Assembly (NCBI GenBank): GCA_951406725.2 | Contig: OX597837.1 | Span: 10,664,001 to 10,728,000 of the forward strand | DNA from: Octopus vulgaris | Taxonomy: Eukaryota | Length of the DNA: 64,000 bases | Direction of reading: 5' to 3' | Program-made: the position numbers and the translations under genes | Part shown: positions 1 through 13,696 of the stretch, one piece after another | How positions within the stretch are numbered: the stretch's first letter is position 1 | Layout of the letters: each line of letters begins with the position of its first letter | Notes under the pieces: generated by a model | What the model was told of the DNA's origin: nothing | Database searches by the model: none | What the model saw: only the letters and a program-made list of their open reading frames with translations

Positions 1-9
1 TATATATAT

Positions 10-65
<56 letters not shown>

Positions 66-69
66 TTGC

Positions 70-147
<78 letters not shown>

Positions 148-148
<1 letters not shown>

Positions 149-387
149 CCGTTCGTGGCCGTTTGCCAGCTCTGTTTGGCACCAGTGCGGGTGGCACGTA
201 AAAAGCACCCACTACACTCACGGAGTGGTTGGCGTTAGGAAGGGCATCCAGCCGTAGAAACACTGCCAGATTTGACTGGGCCTGATGAAGCCTTCTGGCT
301 TCACAGACCCCAGTAGAACCGTCCAACCCATGCCAGCATGGAAAACGGACGCTAAACAATGATGATGATGATGATGATGATGATGAT
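148..387 (+). mobile_element. SINE-like family D, 3' part, with (GAT)n tail
   Basis: GGCACGTAAAAAGCACCC...GGCGTTAGGAAGGGCATCCAGCCGTAGAA...CCCATGCCAGCATGGAAAACGGACG followed by (GAT)n; homologous to 3766-4187. Confidence 0.75.
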
Positions 388-485
388 ATATATATATGTA
401 TATATATGCATATATATATATATATATGTATATGTATATATATATACATATATATATATATATGCATATATATATATATATATGT

Positions 486-519
<34 letters not shown>

Positions 520-1214
520 GTGTGTGTGTATATATGTATATATATCTATATATACATATATATGTTATTATATATGATGATGATGATGATGCATATATAT
601 ATGTATACATATATATGTTATTATATATGTATATATATATATACATATATATATGTGTGTATGTATACGTGTAGGTATGTGTGTGAGAGGGCATATATAT
701 ATATGTATACATGCATGCATACATACATATATACATTATACATAGATAGATATATGAATGCGTGTGTAAGTGTTGTGTATGTATGTGTGTGTGTGTGTAT
801 GTTTATCAAAAGGTGTATGAGTGAATGTGTGTGTGTGTGCGAGGGGTGTGCGCGCTCCAGTGCTTTTGATAGAAAGTGAAGGAAGGGGGTTGTCACGTGA
901 GAGGAGGAATGAAGAATTTTTTAAAAAATACAGACCAAAACTGACAAATTACGGTTCCGTTCTATCTCTTGTCACTTACTCTGCTCCCCACCCCCCGCTT
1001 CCCCCCTCTCTCTCTTTTTCCCCTCTGACACCCCCCCTCCTATTACACTGTCCTCTTACTCTCTTTCTTCGTCTCCCTCTCCCTTTGCCTCCTGTCTCTC
1101 CCTTCTCCGATTTTTTTTCCCAGAACTTTCCAATTTTCCTTTGTCAAACATATATATATACATACATACATATATAGCTACACATACCCACATACATACA
1201 TACACGTAAATTAT

Positions 1215-1258
<44 letters not shown>

Positions 1259-1348
1259 GCATATATATATATGTATATACGCATATATTTATGTCTGTAT
1301 ATATATATGTGTGTGTGTATATATATATATATGCTTATACATATATAC

Positions 1349-1379
<31 letters not shown>

Positions 1380-1447
1380 GAGAGAGAGAGGGAGAGAGAG
1401 AGAAAGAAACAGGCAAAAAGAGATAGAATTATGTATAAATTATACGA

Positions 1448-1501
<54 letters not shown>

Positions 1502-1536
1502 GCATATTATAATTTACAGATAGGTGTGTAAGTATA

Positions 1537-1572
<36 letters not shown>

Positions 1573-1606
1573 GCAAATGTGTAAACATGCACGTTTTCTA
1601 CATATT

Positions 1607-1671
<65 letters not shown>

Positions 1672-1944
1672 GTACATACATACATACCATGCCATGCGTA
1701 CATACATACGTATGACTGTGTCTGTGTGTGTGAGTGTGATAATTTATGCATTAAGATATTCATCTATATACTTTATATATATTATAATTTATATAATGTA
1801 ATAAATTTATATAATCTAATTAAAATTCTTGTTAATCAAATATATAAGATGTATATGTGCACACAGGACACACATATACAGGTATATTTCACATGTATAT
1901 ACATATATAAGACAGAGTTATTATGTAATATATACATTTATACG

Positions 1945-1976
<32 letters not shown>

Positions 1977-2167
1977 TATAGACATATATATATATATATA
2001 CACATATGTATGTATATATATATATATATATATATACTTAAATGAAAATGTTTTTATGTACTTGTATATTTTTTTATGTATATATATTTCGTACATTTAA
2101 ACACAGGGTCTTTATCTGTTTAATTCTTCTCTCCCTCCCTCTATATAAATATATATATGTGTATATG

Positions 2168-2238
<71 letters not shown>

Positions 2239-2241
2239 GTG

Positions 2242-2278
<37 letters not shown>

Positions 2279-2325
2279 GCATGTACATGTATATATGTAT
2301 GTATGTATGTATATATATATATATG

Positions 2326-2390
<65 letters not shown>

Positions 2391-2565
2391 GTCTATATGT
2401 ACATGCACTCATATACATAAGCATATTTTGCAATATATATTAATGTATATATATATATATATATATATACACCTATGATTCAGATAGGAGCGTTGGTCGA
2501 GTAAAGAGCAGTAATAAGAAAATGAGATGACAAAAGAATAAACAATTATCTTAATGAACTTCATT

Positions 2566-2645
2566 AGCTTACAGCTGTTTCTGCTATAAGTTGCCGTGTT
2601 CTCTTTGCTGAGTGCTTGAGTTACACTAATAGCTTCGCCGGAGCT
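2566..2645 (-). ncRNA. Degenerate minimal hammerhead ribozyme motif (core CCGGCGA)
   Basis: Minus strand: agct-CCGGCGA-a-gctat...atagc-a-GAAA-cagctg-TA-agct; palindromic stem III; inverted partner at 2691-2750. Confidence 0.55.
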
Positions 2646-2690
2646 TAGCATATGAAGCGCAATGTATAAATCCGAGCTTCAAATATTCGA

Positions 2691-2750
2691 GGCTCCGACG
2701 ATGCAGTTATGCGTTACTCGGGCATCTTATGGCAGAAACGGCTTTAAGCT
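2691..2750 (+). ncRNA. Degenerate minimal hammerhead ribozyme motif (core CCGACGA)
   Basis: ggct-CCGACGA-tgc...gca-GAAA-cggctt-TA-agct; inverted copy of 2566-2645. Confidence 0.55.
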
Positions 2751-2962
2751 AATGAAGTCCGTAAGATGTTGTTTGTCCTGTACTCTGATTTTTCGTTGTC
2801 AAAAAAAGTCCGTTTCCTTGTTTGGTTTTATGTTTTCGTTTCTCTTTGTGCTCTACGTTTATTTGTGGTGTCCTGTACTCATATATGCATGTATATATAC
2901 ATATAGATGTAGGTATGTACATATATGTATGTATGTATGCAAATGTTTTATTTATTAAATTG

Positions 2963-3052
<90 letters not shown>

Positions 3053-3081
3053 TTTAAAGCAGGTATAATTCAAATACTTTT

Positions 3082-3169
3082 ACTTCCGACACATGTTTCG
3101 AGGATTTCACTGATATTATTCCAGAGGAATAAATGGTGTAAAGCAAAGCAATCTTCTCTTCAGGGAAGT
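3082..3169 (-). ncRNA. Minimal type-I hammerhead ribozyme, Penelope-like
   Basis: Minus strand: acttcc-CTGAAGA-gaagatt...aatcctc-GAAA-catgtg-TC-ggaagt; 6-bp stem I; partial inverted copy at 3214-3233; same family as 34405-34493. Confidence 0.8.
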
Positions 3170-3765
3170 GAAGAAAGGAAATTCGTCTATAAGACATTTT
3201 AACAGTGAAATATTCGAAGCATGTGTCGGAAGTGAAACTCCATTTATTTATTTATATATTATACAAAAATTCCACGTAAACCCGAAGTTTCTACCTTTAA
3301 AAACAAGGAGTTTATAACCTCTTTACTTGTGTGATTTGTTACTACCCTGGTAACTATTTATCTATTTTTTCCGTGTTAATTGTTAACAAGGGAAAAATAC
3401 ACTCATCTATATATATATAACTGTATATATATGAATCATATGTTGTTCATATCTCATGGTATCTGCCAGATTAAAACGGGTTTTCGATAATGACAATCAT
3501 TGCTAATTGTCAGTTTAATTATTCAGTAAGAACAAATGGTTCTCCATACTTAGAAATATACTTAACCATATATTAAAGCGTTTTATTACCTGAGACAAAT
3601 TTTCACCTCACCTGTCTGCCATTTCTGCGGCTTTGATTATTTAAATATTTTCTACTAATTTTCCCAATTGCTAAACGGTTTATAGTTTTTCTTTGTTTTT
3701 TTTTTTAATATCGTTTTATAAATAATATTTTTTAATCGAAATCAAAATGGAAATTGTACTTGTGA

Positions 3766-4187
3766 CCGATGCCAGTGCCGCCTGACTGGCACCCGTGCTG
3801 GTGGCACGCAATAAGCACCATTCATGTGTGGGTCGTTGCCAGAGCCTCCTGACTGGCTCCCCGTGCCGGTGACGCGTAAAAGGAACCATCCGTACGTGGT
3901 CGAAGTCAGCCCCCCGCCGCCCTGAGTGGATCCTGTGACGGTAGCACGTGAAAAGCACCATCCAAATGTGATCGCCGCCAGTGCCTCCCGACTGGCTCCC
4001 GTGGCAGCGGCACGTAAAAAGCACCCACAACACTCTCAGAGTGGTTGGCATTAGGAAGGGCATCCAGCTGTAGAACTCTTGCCAGATCAGATTGGAGCTT
4101 GGCGCAGCCCCCATGGCTTGCCAATCCCCAGTCAAACCGTCCAACCCATGCCAGCATGGAAAGCGGACGTTAAACGATGGTAATGAT
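3766..4187 (+). mobile_element. SINE-like family D with about four internal ~60-bp tandem units
   Basis: Repeated GCCAGTGCC.CCTGACTGGC.CCCGTG...GCACGTAAAAGCACC units, then the same 3' end as 148-387. Confidence 0.75.
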
Positions 4188-4202
4188 ATATATATATATA
4201 TA

Positions 4203-4609
4203 CTCTTTTACTCTTTTACTTGTTTCAGTCATTTGACTGCGGCCATGCTGCAGCACCGCCTTTAGTCGAGCAAATCGACCCCGGGACTTATTCTTTGTAA
4301 GCCCAGTACTTATTCTATCGGTCTATTTTGCCGAACTGCTAAGTGGCGGGGACGTAAACACACCAGCATCGGTTGTCAAGCAATGCTAGGGGGACAAACA
4401 CAGGCACACAAACATATACACACACACTTATATATATATACATATATACGACAGGCTTCTTTCAGTTTCCGTCTACCAAATCCACTCACAAGGCATTGGT
4501 CGGCCCGGGGCTATAGCAGAAGACACTTCCCCAAGATGCCACACAGTGGGACTGAACCCGGAACCATGTGGTTGGTTAGCAAGCTACTTACCACACAGTC
4601 ACTCCTGTG

Positions 4610-4612
<3 letters not shown>
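4203..4612 (-). mobile_element. tRNA-derived SINE family A, full length
   Basis: A-box TG(A/G)CTGTGTGG, B-box GGTTCAGTCCC, internal (TA)/(TG) tract, (GTAAAAGA)n tail; more than 20 copies in the window. Confidence 0.9.
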
Positions 4613-4674
<62 letters not shown>

Positions 4675-5227
4675 ACATAAGTACAAGGCCTTGGATTTGG
4701 GCGAGGTGTTAATCTATCACCATCGGTCTCACTACATACTAGATCTAAACGGTAGCACAACTTATTCCCTCTTCACTAGCTTAGAAAATTTCAGCTCTAT
4801 TTCTTCCTGCAGTTACTAAGCCAGCCTCAACTGGCAGCTTCGCCGTACTTCACAATACTGTGAACACCAAAACATCAGAAGGTTCTTTCCCTTATTCAAA
4901 TCAGCCTTTGCTGGCTCGAAACTCTTCTGGATTTCAGTCAGTAGTTATAGGAGTACTTCTCTCAATTTGATCGTAAATAGATTTAATATTTCCCCAAATG
5001 AATGATCTACTGAGTACATCAGTAGATAATCGTTTTCCTCTTGTCCACATTAATAGTAGACTTTCCAGTTCATCCGTATGTTATTGAGCTTGCACGCCTA
5101 AGGGTCTCCCGTATCCAGTAAAGGTAAGGAGGAGATATTGACGTTTCAAACAAGTGGTCTTTTATCAAAATAGATAGGCGGAGGAGAATAGATAAAAATA
5201 TTATTGAACTTGCATATGCCTTTTGCC

Positions 5228-5385
5228 ATACCTGGATACAACTCCCTCAACAAGAAATCCCTGCTCAAATGGACCATGATACCACAAAACTTGACTTTAA
5301 AAGGATTTAGCTAATCGTATCAGGTTGTACTATTAAGTTAGACATGGCCTGGATTAATCTTTGCTCGAAACCTAATTTATCTAAG
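5228..5385 (+). mobile_element. Decayed 3' end of CR1-like LINE
   Basis: CTATTAAGTTAGACATGGCCTGG and upstream sequence similar to 48365-48500. Confidence 0.6.
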
Positions 5386-5515
5386 TGACATATATATATA
5401 TAGATATACACACACACAAACACACACACACACACATGCGGATCTCTCTTCTTTTAATGTCTTTCTACCTAGCTCTCTATCATCCTGTCTATCCTCCTTT
5501 TTCTACTATTTTTAC

Positions 5516-5595
<80 letters not shown>

Positions 5596-5773
5596 TCGCA
5601 CATACACGTACAAGCTTTTCCCTAATCACGGTTCGGACGCTATTACCATCATGCAATATCACCGCCACGCAACTTGTTATGACATTGACAGAGCAATCAA
5701 GTTTGAGCAAGCAACACGAAGAGCAAACAGGTACGAAACACGGGAGACGAAGTCAACGGTTGTGTAAAGGTCG

Positions 5774-5846
<73 letters not shown>

Positions 5847-6017
5847 TGTGTGCGCGTGTGTGTGCAAGAGTGCTTTTGGAGGATAGGCAAAATGCGTACG
5901 GCTAAGACTTTTCACCTTTGCTTCAGTTTGCCTCTCACAATTCCTGATTGTATGTAAATGTATGTATGTGTGTCTGTGTGTGTGCACGCATCTGTGTATT
6001 TATGTATGTATGTATGT

Positions 6018-6079
<62 letters not shown>

Positions 6080-6124
6080 GGATGGATGGATGGATGGATG
6101 GATGGATGGATGGATGGACGGACG

Positions 6125-6159
<35 letters not shown>

Positions 6160-6307
6160 GGACGGACGGATGACGGACGGACGGACGGACGGACGGACAG
6201 ACAGACAGACTGACAGACAGACAGACAGACAGACAGACGGACGGACGGACCGACGGATGGATGGATGGATGGATGGATGGATGGATGGATGGATGGACGG
6301 ACGGACG

Positions 6308-6339
<32 letters not shown>

Positions 6340-6378
6340 GACGGACGGACGGACGGACGGACGGACAGACAGACAGAC

Positions 6379-6457
<79 letters not shown>

Positions 6458-6490
6458 CAGACAGATAGACAGATAGACAGACAGATAGAC

Positions 6491-6545
<55 letters not shown>

Positions 6546-6607
6546 CAGACAGAGGAATAGATAGACAGACAGACAGAGATGGACAGACAGACAGATAGAC
6601 AGATAGA

Positions 6608-6647
<40 letters not shown>

Positions 6648-6656
6648 TAGACAGAC

Positions 6657-6715
<59 letters not shown>

Positions 6716-6779
6716 CAGACAGAGGAATAGATAGACAGACAGACAGAGATGGACAGACAGACAGACAGACAGATAGATG

Positions 6780-6817
<38 letters not shown>

Positions 6818-6923
6818 CAGACAGACACAGACAGACAGGCAGACAGACAGACAGACAGGCAGGCAGGCAGACAGACAGACAGACAGACAGATAGACAGAT
6901 AGATAGATAGATAGATAGATAGA
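6018..6923. repeat. Compound tetranucleotide satellite (GATA/GATG/GACG/GACA)n
   Basis: Direct inspection; explains the 364-aa and 341-aa low-complexity ORFs. Confidence 0.95.
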
Positions 6924-7234
6924 CGCCCATATACACGTATTTATATAAACTATACAAACATGACGAAATTCCTGAAGTAAATCTGGTAGAATGTGCACTT
7001 CTACTTCGAAAAAAAGGTAGGACAATCATTTGGTGGCAACTTCTGGTTTGCCAGTCTGTTGAAGAAGCAGATTTTGCCCAAATACTGATAGATTCCTGCT
7101 CTCATTTAATTCTGCATTTGACAGAATTTTGTATTGTTTACAGTGTCTCCTTCATTGCAAAAAAGCGAACACAAGAGAAAGAGACTCGAATCGGTTCGTC
7201 TCTGCGACAGTTTGGCCTTCGTCCATCAGATCGC

Positions 7235-7314
7235 TGTCCCCTGTGTCTTGGCCGATTTCTACGGCCTTTCAAGCTTCCCTGCTATCATTTTGTTACACCG
7301 TTTGTCTTCGATAA
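7235..7314 (+). pseudogene. Possible frameshifted RING-finger (TRIM-like) fragment
   Basis: CPLCLGRFLRPFKLPCYH in one frame continues as FCYTVCLR* in another, giving C-x2-C...LPC-x-H...FC-x3-C. Confidence 0.4.
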
Positions 7315-7713
7315 TTTGCACAAGTAATGAGTCAGCTCTCCTTGATTGTCAGTCTATGCATTCTTGCAGTAATGAAACGTCATACGCGCATGCGTATGTA
7401 ATGTTTGTATGCCTATATATATATATATATAATTATAATAAGGAAAAATTATAATAAGGCAGGATGCTAAATTGAAAGTAAATGTTAATAAAAATGAGTG
7501 TATGAAAAATTCAAAAAGAAAAAATATTGAATCAAACCAGCTTTCATTGCAAGGCAAATTTTCAAGATTTGGATGTGGGGAAAAGAAATTTACAATGATT
7601 TTTAAAAAATAATAATAATAATACATATATACGAAATTTTATAAATAAGTATACTAATGCAGTGTAGAGTCTTTATGCTTTTAGAGTTCAATAATAGTTC
7701 TTGGAAAAACTTA

Positions 7714-7760
<47 letters not shown>

Positions 7761-7785
7761 TACACACTCACACACATGCACACAC

Positions 7786-7830
<45 letters not shown>

Positions 7831-7925
7831 TATATATATATACATATACATATGCATATGCATATATGAACCATGTATGAATAGTGAAATATTTCCATCA
7901 ATTGCTTCATATTTTAACTGAGTGT

Positions 7926-7992
7926 TTTAACTGAGGAAGATGTTACGTAGCGGATGCATTTCCTACGCAGACCGGAAATGTACGTATTAAAT
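7926..7992 (+). ncRNA. Minimal hammerhead ribozyme motif
   Basis: tttaa-CTGAGGA-(cgtag...ctacg)-GAAA-tgtacg-TA-ttaaa; base of stem II imperfect. Confidence 0.55.
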
Positions 7993-8267
7993 CATTCCAA
8001 AATATCACTTTTGGGGTTATACTTCATTATTACAACTTTATATATATATACATTCACACAGTGGAGGCTGTATTTTATATAAAATATATATGAGGAGGTG
8101 GTTTTCCGAACATCTCTCTCCATGTGATCGGCTTCAAAATTTGTTAAGACACTATGATATATTCCTACTTTTCTTAATATGAAACCAATGGTAGACTTAA
8201 TTAACAAATAAAGAAATTATATCAACCTATGCGGTGTTGAGCACTCATTTTCATTAATTGATATATA

Positions 8268-8493
<226 letters not shown>

Positions 8494-8589
8494 ATATATA
8501 TATAGTCCAGAGTATTGGATATTGTTGTGGTGACTGTCACTTCTTTACGACAGAAGGCCATTTCTTCAATTAGTAAATGCCATCCAGAG

Positions 8590-8925
8590 ATCTCCTGTAG
8601 CTAGCAGGTCCAGCTTTGGGACAAACAGGGTCGACTGCAGATGTTACAAGCATTTTCAGGCAAAAAAGTGTCTGGAATTGAAGTCAAGTCTTGTTTACGA
8701 AGTTTTCGTTCCAAGATGGATTCTTCGATTCTACGTTTGTCAAATGCTTTTCAACTATCGTAAATCACTTCTTTCCAAACTGATCGAATTTTCTGTCATC
8801 TTCTCCAAGTCTTCAACATTCACATCCAGAGTCTTAAGGTTGCTTTTTCCCAGCATTCTTAAAACGTTTCTGAGGTTTATCTCTAGGACGTTTACCACGT
8901 TGCAACCTACCAAAAATAAAACTAC
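8590..8925 (-). mobile_element. Decayed C-terminus of RTE-type LINE ORF
   Basis: Translation with frameshifts: GRLQRGKRPRDKPQKRFKN/SNLKTLDVNVEDLEKM/RSVWKEVIYDS*KAFDKRRIEESILERKLRKQ...CNICSRPCLS; matches the GxRxxGRPxKRxKD motif and terminal Zn finger. Confidence 0.75.
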
Positions 8926-9005
8926 TTAGGTTACCTGCCATCATGTATCCTGTCTGTTGCCTACCCCCAACGCATCTGATTACATATGAGGGGTATTAAA
9001 TAAGT

Positions 9006-9395
9006 GTGGAGACGCAATGGCCCAGTGGTTAGGGCAGCGGATTCGCGGTCATAGGATCGCGGTTTCGATTCCCAGACCGGGTGTTGTGAGTGTTTATTGA
9101 GCGAAAACACCTAAAAATGCTCCATGAGGCTCCGGCAGGGGATGGTGGTGATCCCTGCTGTACTCTTTCACCACAACTTTCTCTCACTCTTACTTCCTGT
9201 TTCTGTTGTACCTGTATTTCAAGGGCCGGCCTTGTCACTCTCTGTGTCACGCTGAATATCCCCGAGAACTACGTTAAGGGTACACGTGTCTGTGGAGTGC
9301 TCAGCCACTTACACGTTAATTTCACGAGCAGGCTGTTCCGTTGATTCGGATCAACTGGAACCCTCATCGTCGTAACCGACGGAGTGCTTCCATCC
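9006..9395 (+). mobile_element. tRNA-derived SINE family C1, full length, with 11-bp TSD
   Basis: Head GTGGAGACGCAATGGCCCAGTGGTTAGG...GGTTTCGATTCCC; TSD ATTAAATAAGT at 8995-9005 and 9396-9406. Confidence 0.9.
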
Positions 9396-9772
9396 ATTAA
9401 ATAAGTACCAGTTACGCACTGGGGTCGATGCAATCGACTTCATCCCTTAGTCTGCTCTTGTTTGTCTCCGACATGACAGTACGCCGAGAACCAAATATTT
9501 CGCAGCATTTCGTTAGTCATATTCCCCTGAGGACGACTTAGCCTTTTATCCTTTCGGGATCGATAAAAATAAGTACCAGTTGACTACTGGGGTCGGTGTA
9601 ATCGACTTCACCCAACTCGAAATTGCTGACCTTGGGCCAAAATTTGAAACCAGTATTATCTTGATTAAATATAACAAGATCGGAGAACTATCTGTTTCTT
9701 TCCCATCTTGGAATGTGACTGGACTTTCTTTCCAACTTCTTTTTAATAACGGGGGAAATGACAAAATATTAT

Positions 9773-10110
9773 GGATGGAAGCACTCCGTCGGTTACGACG
9801 ATGAGGGTTCCGGTTGATCCGAATCAATGGTACAGCCTGCTCGTGAAATTAACGTGTAAGTGGCTGAGCACTCCACAGACACGTGCACCCTTAACGTTGT
9901 TCTCGGGGATATTCAGCGTGACACAGAGAGTAACAAGGCCGGCCCCTTGAAATACAGGTACAACAGAAACAGGAAGTAAGAGTGAGAGAAAGTTGTGGTG
10001 AAAGAGTACAGCAGGGATCACCACCATCCCCTGCCGGAGCCTCGCGTGGAGCTTTTAGGTGTTTTCGCTCAATAAACACTTACAACGCCCGGTCTGTGAA
10101 TCGAAACCGC
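9773..10110 (-). mobile_element. SINE family C1, 5'-truncated, inverted relative to 9006-9395
   Basis: Reverse complement of 9058-9395. Confidence 0.9.
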
Positions 10111-10765
10111 TGGCCTTCCATACTTTGTGATTTTGGCACCACTGGCCTTCCATACATTGTGATTTTGGCACCGCTAGCCTTCCATACTTTGTGATCTTGG
10201 CACCGCTGGCCTTCCATACTTTGTGATTTTGGCATTGCTAGTTTTCCATACTTTCTGTGATTTTGCCATTGCTAGCTTCCCATACTTTCTGTTAGTCTCT
10301 CATTTGCAAACTTAAATCTTAGATATATATTTACTATATGAAGATATGATCTACTGGTGGTCAGTAATGTAGTGACTTTTTTTTTAAAAAAGACTTATTT
10401 TAGCAGATAAACGTTTAAAGTTGTCTAATTTCTTCTTCTGTTTGTTCTCAGTATCTAATAAAAGTCAATGAAATCCGCATGTATGCTTTTCAGAAATGCA
10501 GAGGCGTAGTGACTCCTCCATTGGAAACCTATAACAACATTGTGATTTTAGCACCGCTGGCTTTCCATACTTTGTGATTTTGGCACCACTTGGCCTTCCA
10601 TACTTTGTGATTTTTGGCACCGCTAGGTTTCTATACATTGTGATTTTGGCACCGCTAGGTTTCCATACATTGTGATTTTGGCACGGCTAGGGTTCCATAC
10701 TTTGTGATTTTGGCACCGCTGGCTTTCCATACTTTGTGATTTTGGCACCGCTGGCTTTCCATACC
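10108..10765. repeat. ~32-bp minisatellite in two blocks (10108-10290 and 10535-10765)
   Basis: Unit TGGCCTTCCATACTTTGTGATTTTGGCACCGC. Confidence 0.9.
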
Positions 10766-10905
10766 GTTAACAATAAACACTTGCCTAAGGTACCACGCAG
10801 TAGCACTGAACCCGACCGGTACCACGTGGTTGCAAAGCAAAATTCTTACCATCACAGTCATTTGTACGTCAGAATACAAACCACACATACACACGTACGT
10901 ATGTA

Positions 10906-10936
<31 letters not shown>

Positions 10937-10958
10937 ATGGATGCGTGGCGTTCAATTA

Positions 10959-11022
<64 letters not shown>

Positions 11023-11107
11023 TTGTCACTGAATGCTCGAAATGAGGAGTAGGTAGACAGCCGACAACTGATGAAGGGTTCTTAATTCATGTATTAAAGT
11101 ATCTATA

Positions 11108-11559
11108 AGCACAGGAGCGGCTGTGTGGTAAGTAGCTTGCTTACCAACCACATATTTCCGGGTTCAGTCCCACTGCGTGGCACCGTGAGCAAGTGTCTTT
11201 TACTATAACATCGGGCCGACCAAAGCCTTGTGAGTGGATTTAGTAGACGGAAACTGGAAGAAACCCGTCGTATATATATGTGTATATATATATATATATA
11301 TATAATGTGTGTGTGTGTGTGTGTGTTTGTGTGTGTGTATGTTTGTGCGTCTGTGTTTGTCTCCCCCCCTCCAATCATCATTTGACAGCCGATGCTGGTG
11401 TGTTTACGTCCCCGTAACATAGTGGTTCGGCAAAAGCGACCGATAGAATAAGTACTAGGGTTACAAAGAATAAGTCCTGTGGTCGATTTGCTCGACTAAA
11501 GGCGGTGCTCCAGCATGGCCACAGTCAATAACTGAAACAAGTAAAAGAGTAAAAAGAGT
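11108..11559 (+). mobile_element. SINE family A
   Basis: Same head, body and tail as 4203-4612. Confidence 0.9.
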
Positions 11560-12275
11560 GTAAATTGTTTGCCTACTGATTAATCTAGGAAACCCCCGGA
11601 CGGATGAAGTGCATTGCCGCCATTCACAGAATTCGAACTCGTAACAGATTGCATAACAGTAAGCAGGAAGGCCGTCTACAAATTATGATAATGTTTCTGC
11701 GTATTCTGTTGCAAATAGATTAAAGTGTTTTGCCAGATAATTATTCTATGAAACAGCCGAACGGATAAAATGTATTGCCGAGCTCGGCAAAATTTGAACT
11801 CGAAACACGGAAATAGAATGCAGAACAAAGCAGCAAGGTCGTCTGTAGATTTCTGCGTATTTCGTTCCAATAGATGTCGCTAGTTTGCCAAGTGTCATGG
11901 CAGACTTTGATCAATAAAAACCTACGTACAAAACGCACAACGCAAATCACGCTTTATTTTTACCGTCTTACATAAGAACGCGAGGCTGCAGGTCGTGAAC
12001 CCTGTTTCTTGGACCTTTGGGCATGAAGTCTGCTCGATCAGGAAAGACATAGGGGACAAACAACTAAAACAGTGTATTCGCTTGACAACACAGAGACACA
12101 TATACGTGCACGCACACACATACACACGTTTCTCTATACTCCAAATTGTCTTATCTGCGAGATAACGTCGAAAGGTTAAAATATACGTATTATACGTTTG
12201 AATATACGAATCGGTAAATATACGGACATATTACAAACATATACGTGGGTTTCTCATATGTGACTGGCTATATAC

Positions 12276-12307
<32 letters not shown>

Positions 12308-12386
12308 ATATTAAATAATATTGCATACATATATCATGTATATTATCAAGAATTATATTTCTATATCTATTTATCTATCTATCTTT

Positions 12387-12451
<65 letters not shown>

Positions 12452-12459
12452 CATACATA

Positions 12460-12500
<41 letters not shown>

Positions 12501-12601
12501 ACACATATATATATGAACAAATACATATATATATATGCATGTATAAGTGTGTAAATGTTTATGTATGTATGAGTGTATATGTGTGTGTATATATATATGT
12601 C

Positions 12602-12652
<51 letters not shown>

Positions 12653-13179
12653 TTGTTATGAGTGTGCATGTATATATGTATCGTCTGTAGACGACATCTT
12701 CGTAGATGACAAGTCAACGAGACAAAAAAAAAAAATTCAGTCATCTGGCGTTTACATTTTTACTCACTTTTCTACACAATTCCATATACTTTTTATATAC
12801 ATACATAGGTACATATCAGTGAATGTATACACACACCGCAGCTGCGATATTTCATACATCATGTTATATACGCATTTGTGTAAAAACGTGGACAGTGAGA
12901 ATGAATTACCTCCATTTGTCACATGTAAATAAACGATGCGCTTAACTCGACGGAGATATACAAGATGGCGAGAGGACATGTTGTTCTGGGAAGGTTTCGT
13001 TATATATACACACACATCTACACGCGCGTACTGAGACGTATAAAGATGCACTCACACACATATGCACACAAATACACACACATACCTACACGTATAAAAC
13101 CCATACAAATATGTACATATAATTGATATATTTATTATGTTGACATCAAGCCATATATTCGGATATACATATATATATA

Positions 13180-13229
<50 letters not shown>

Positions 13230-13230
<1 letters not shown>

Positions 13231-13455
13231 TCTTGCTCTCTTTTACTCTTTTACTTGTTTCAGTCATTTGACTGCGGCCATGCTGAAGTACCACCTTTAA
13301 TCGAGCAACTCGACCCCGGGACTTATTCTTTGTAAGCCTAGGACTTATTCTATTGGTCCCTTTTGCCGAACCATTAAGTTACGGGGACATAAACACACCA
13401 GCATCGGTTGTCAAGCAATACTAGGGGGACAAACACAGACACACAAACACACACG

Positions 13456-13531
<76 letters not shown>

Positions 13532-13696
13532 TACGACGGGCTTCTTTCAGTTTCCGTCTACCAAATCCACTCACAAGGCTTTGGTCGGACCGAGGCTATA
13601 GTAGAAGACACTTGCCCAAGGTGTCACGCAGTGGGACTGAACCCGGAACCATGTGGTTGGTAAGCAAGCTACTTACCACACTGCCACACCTGCGCC
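13230..13696 (-). mobile_element. SINE family A
   Basis: Full-length copy. Confidence 0.9.

Noticed and set aside
4740-5160. Unique-looking segment possibly of coding origin
   Set aside because: Frames inspected contain stops and no recognisable motif was found.
10108-10765. 32-bp repeats resembling a CRISPR array
   Set aside because: Units are directly adjacent with no unique spacers, there are no cas genes, and the context is eukaryotic.
11060-11100. CTGATGA at 11068
   Set aside because: No downstream stem II, GAAA or cleavage site.
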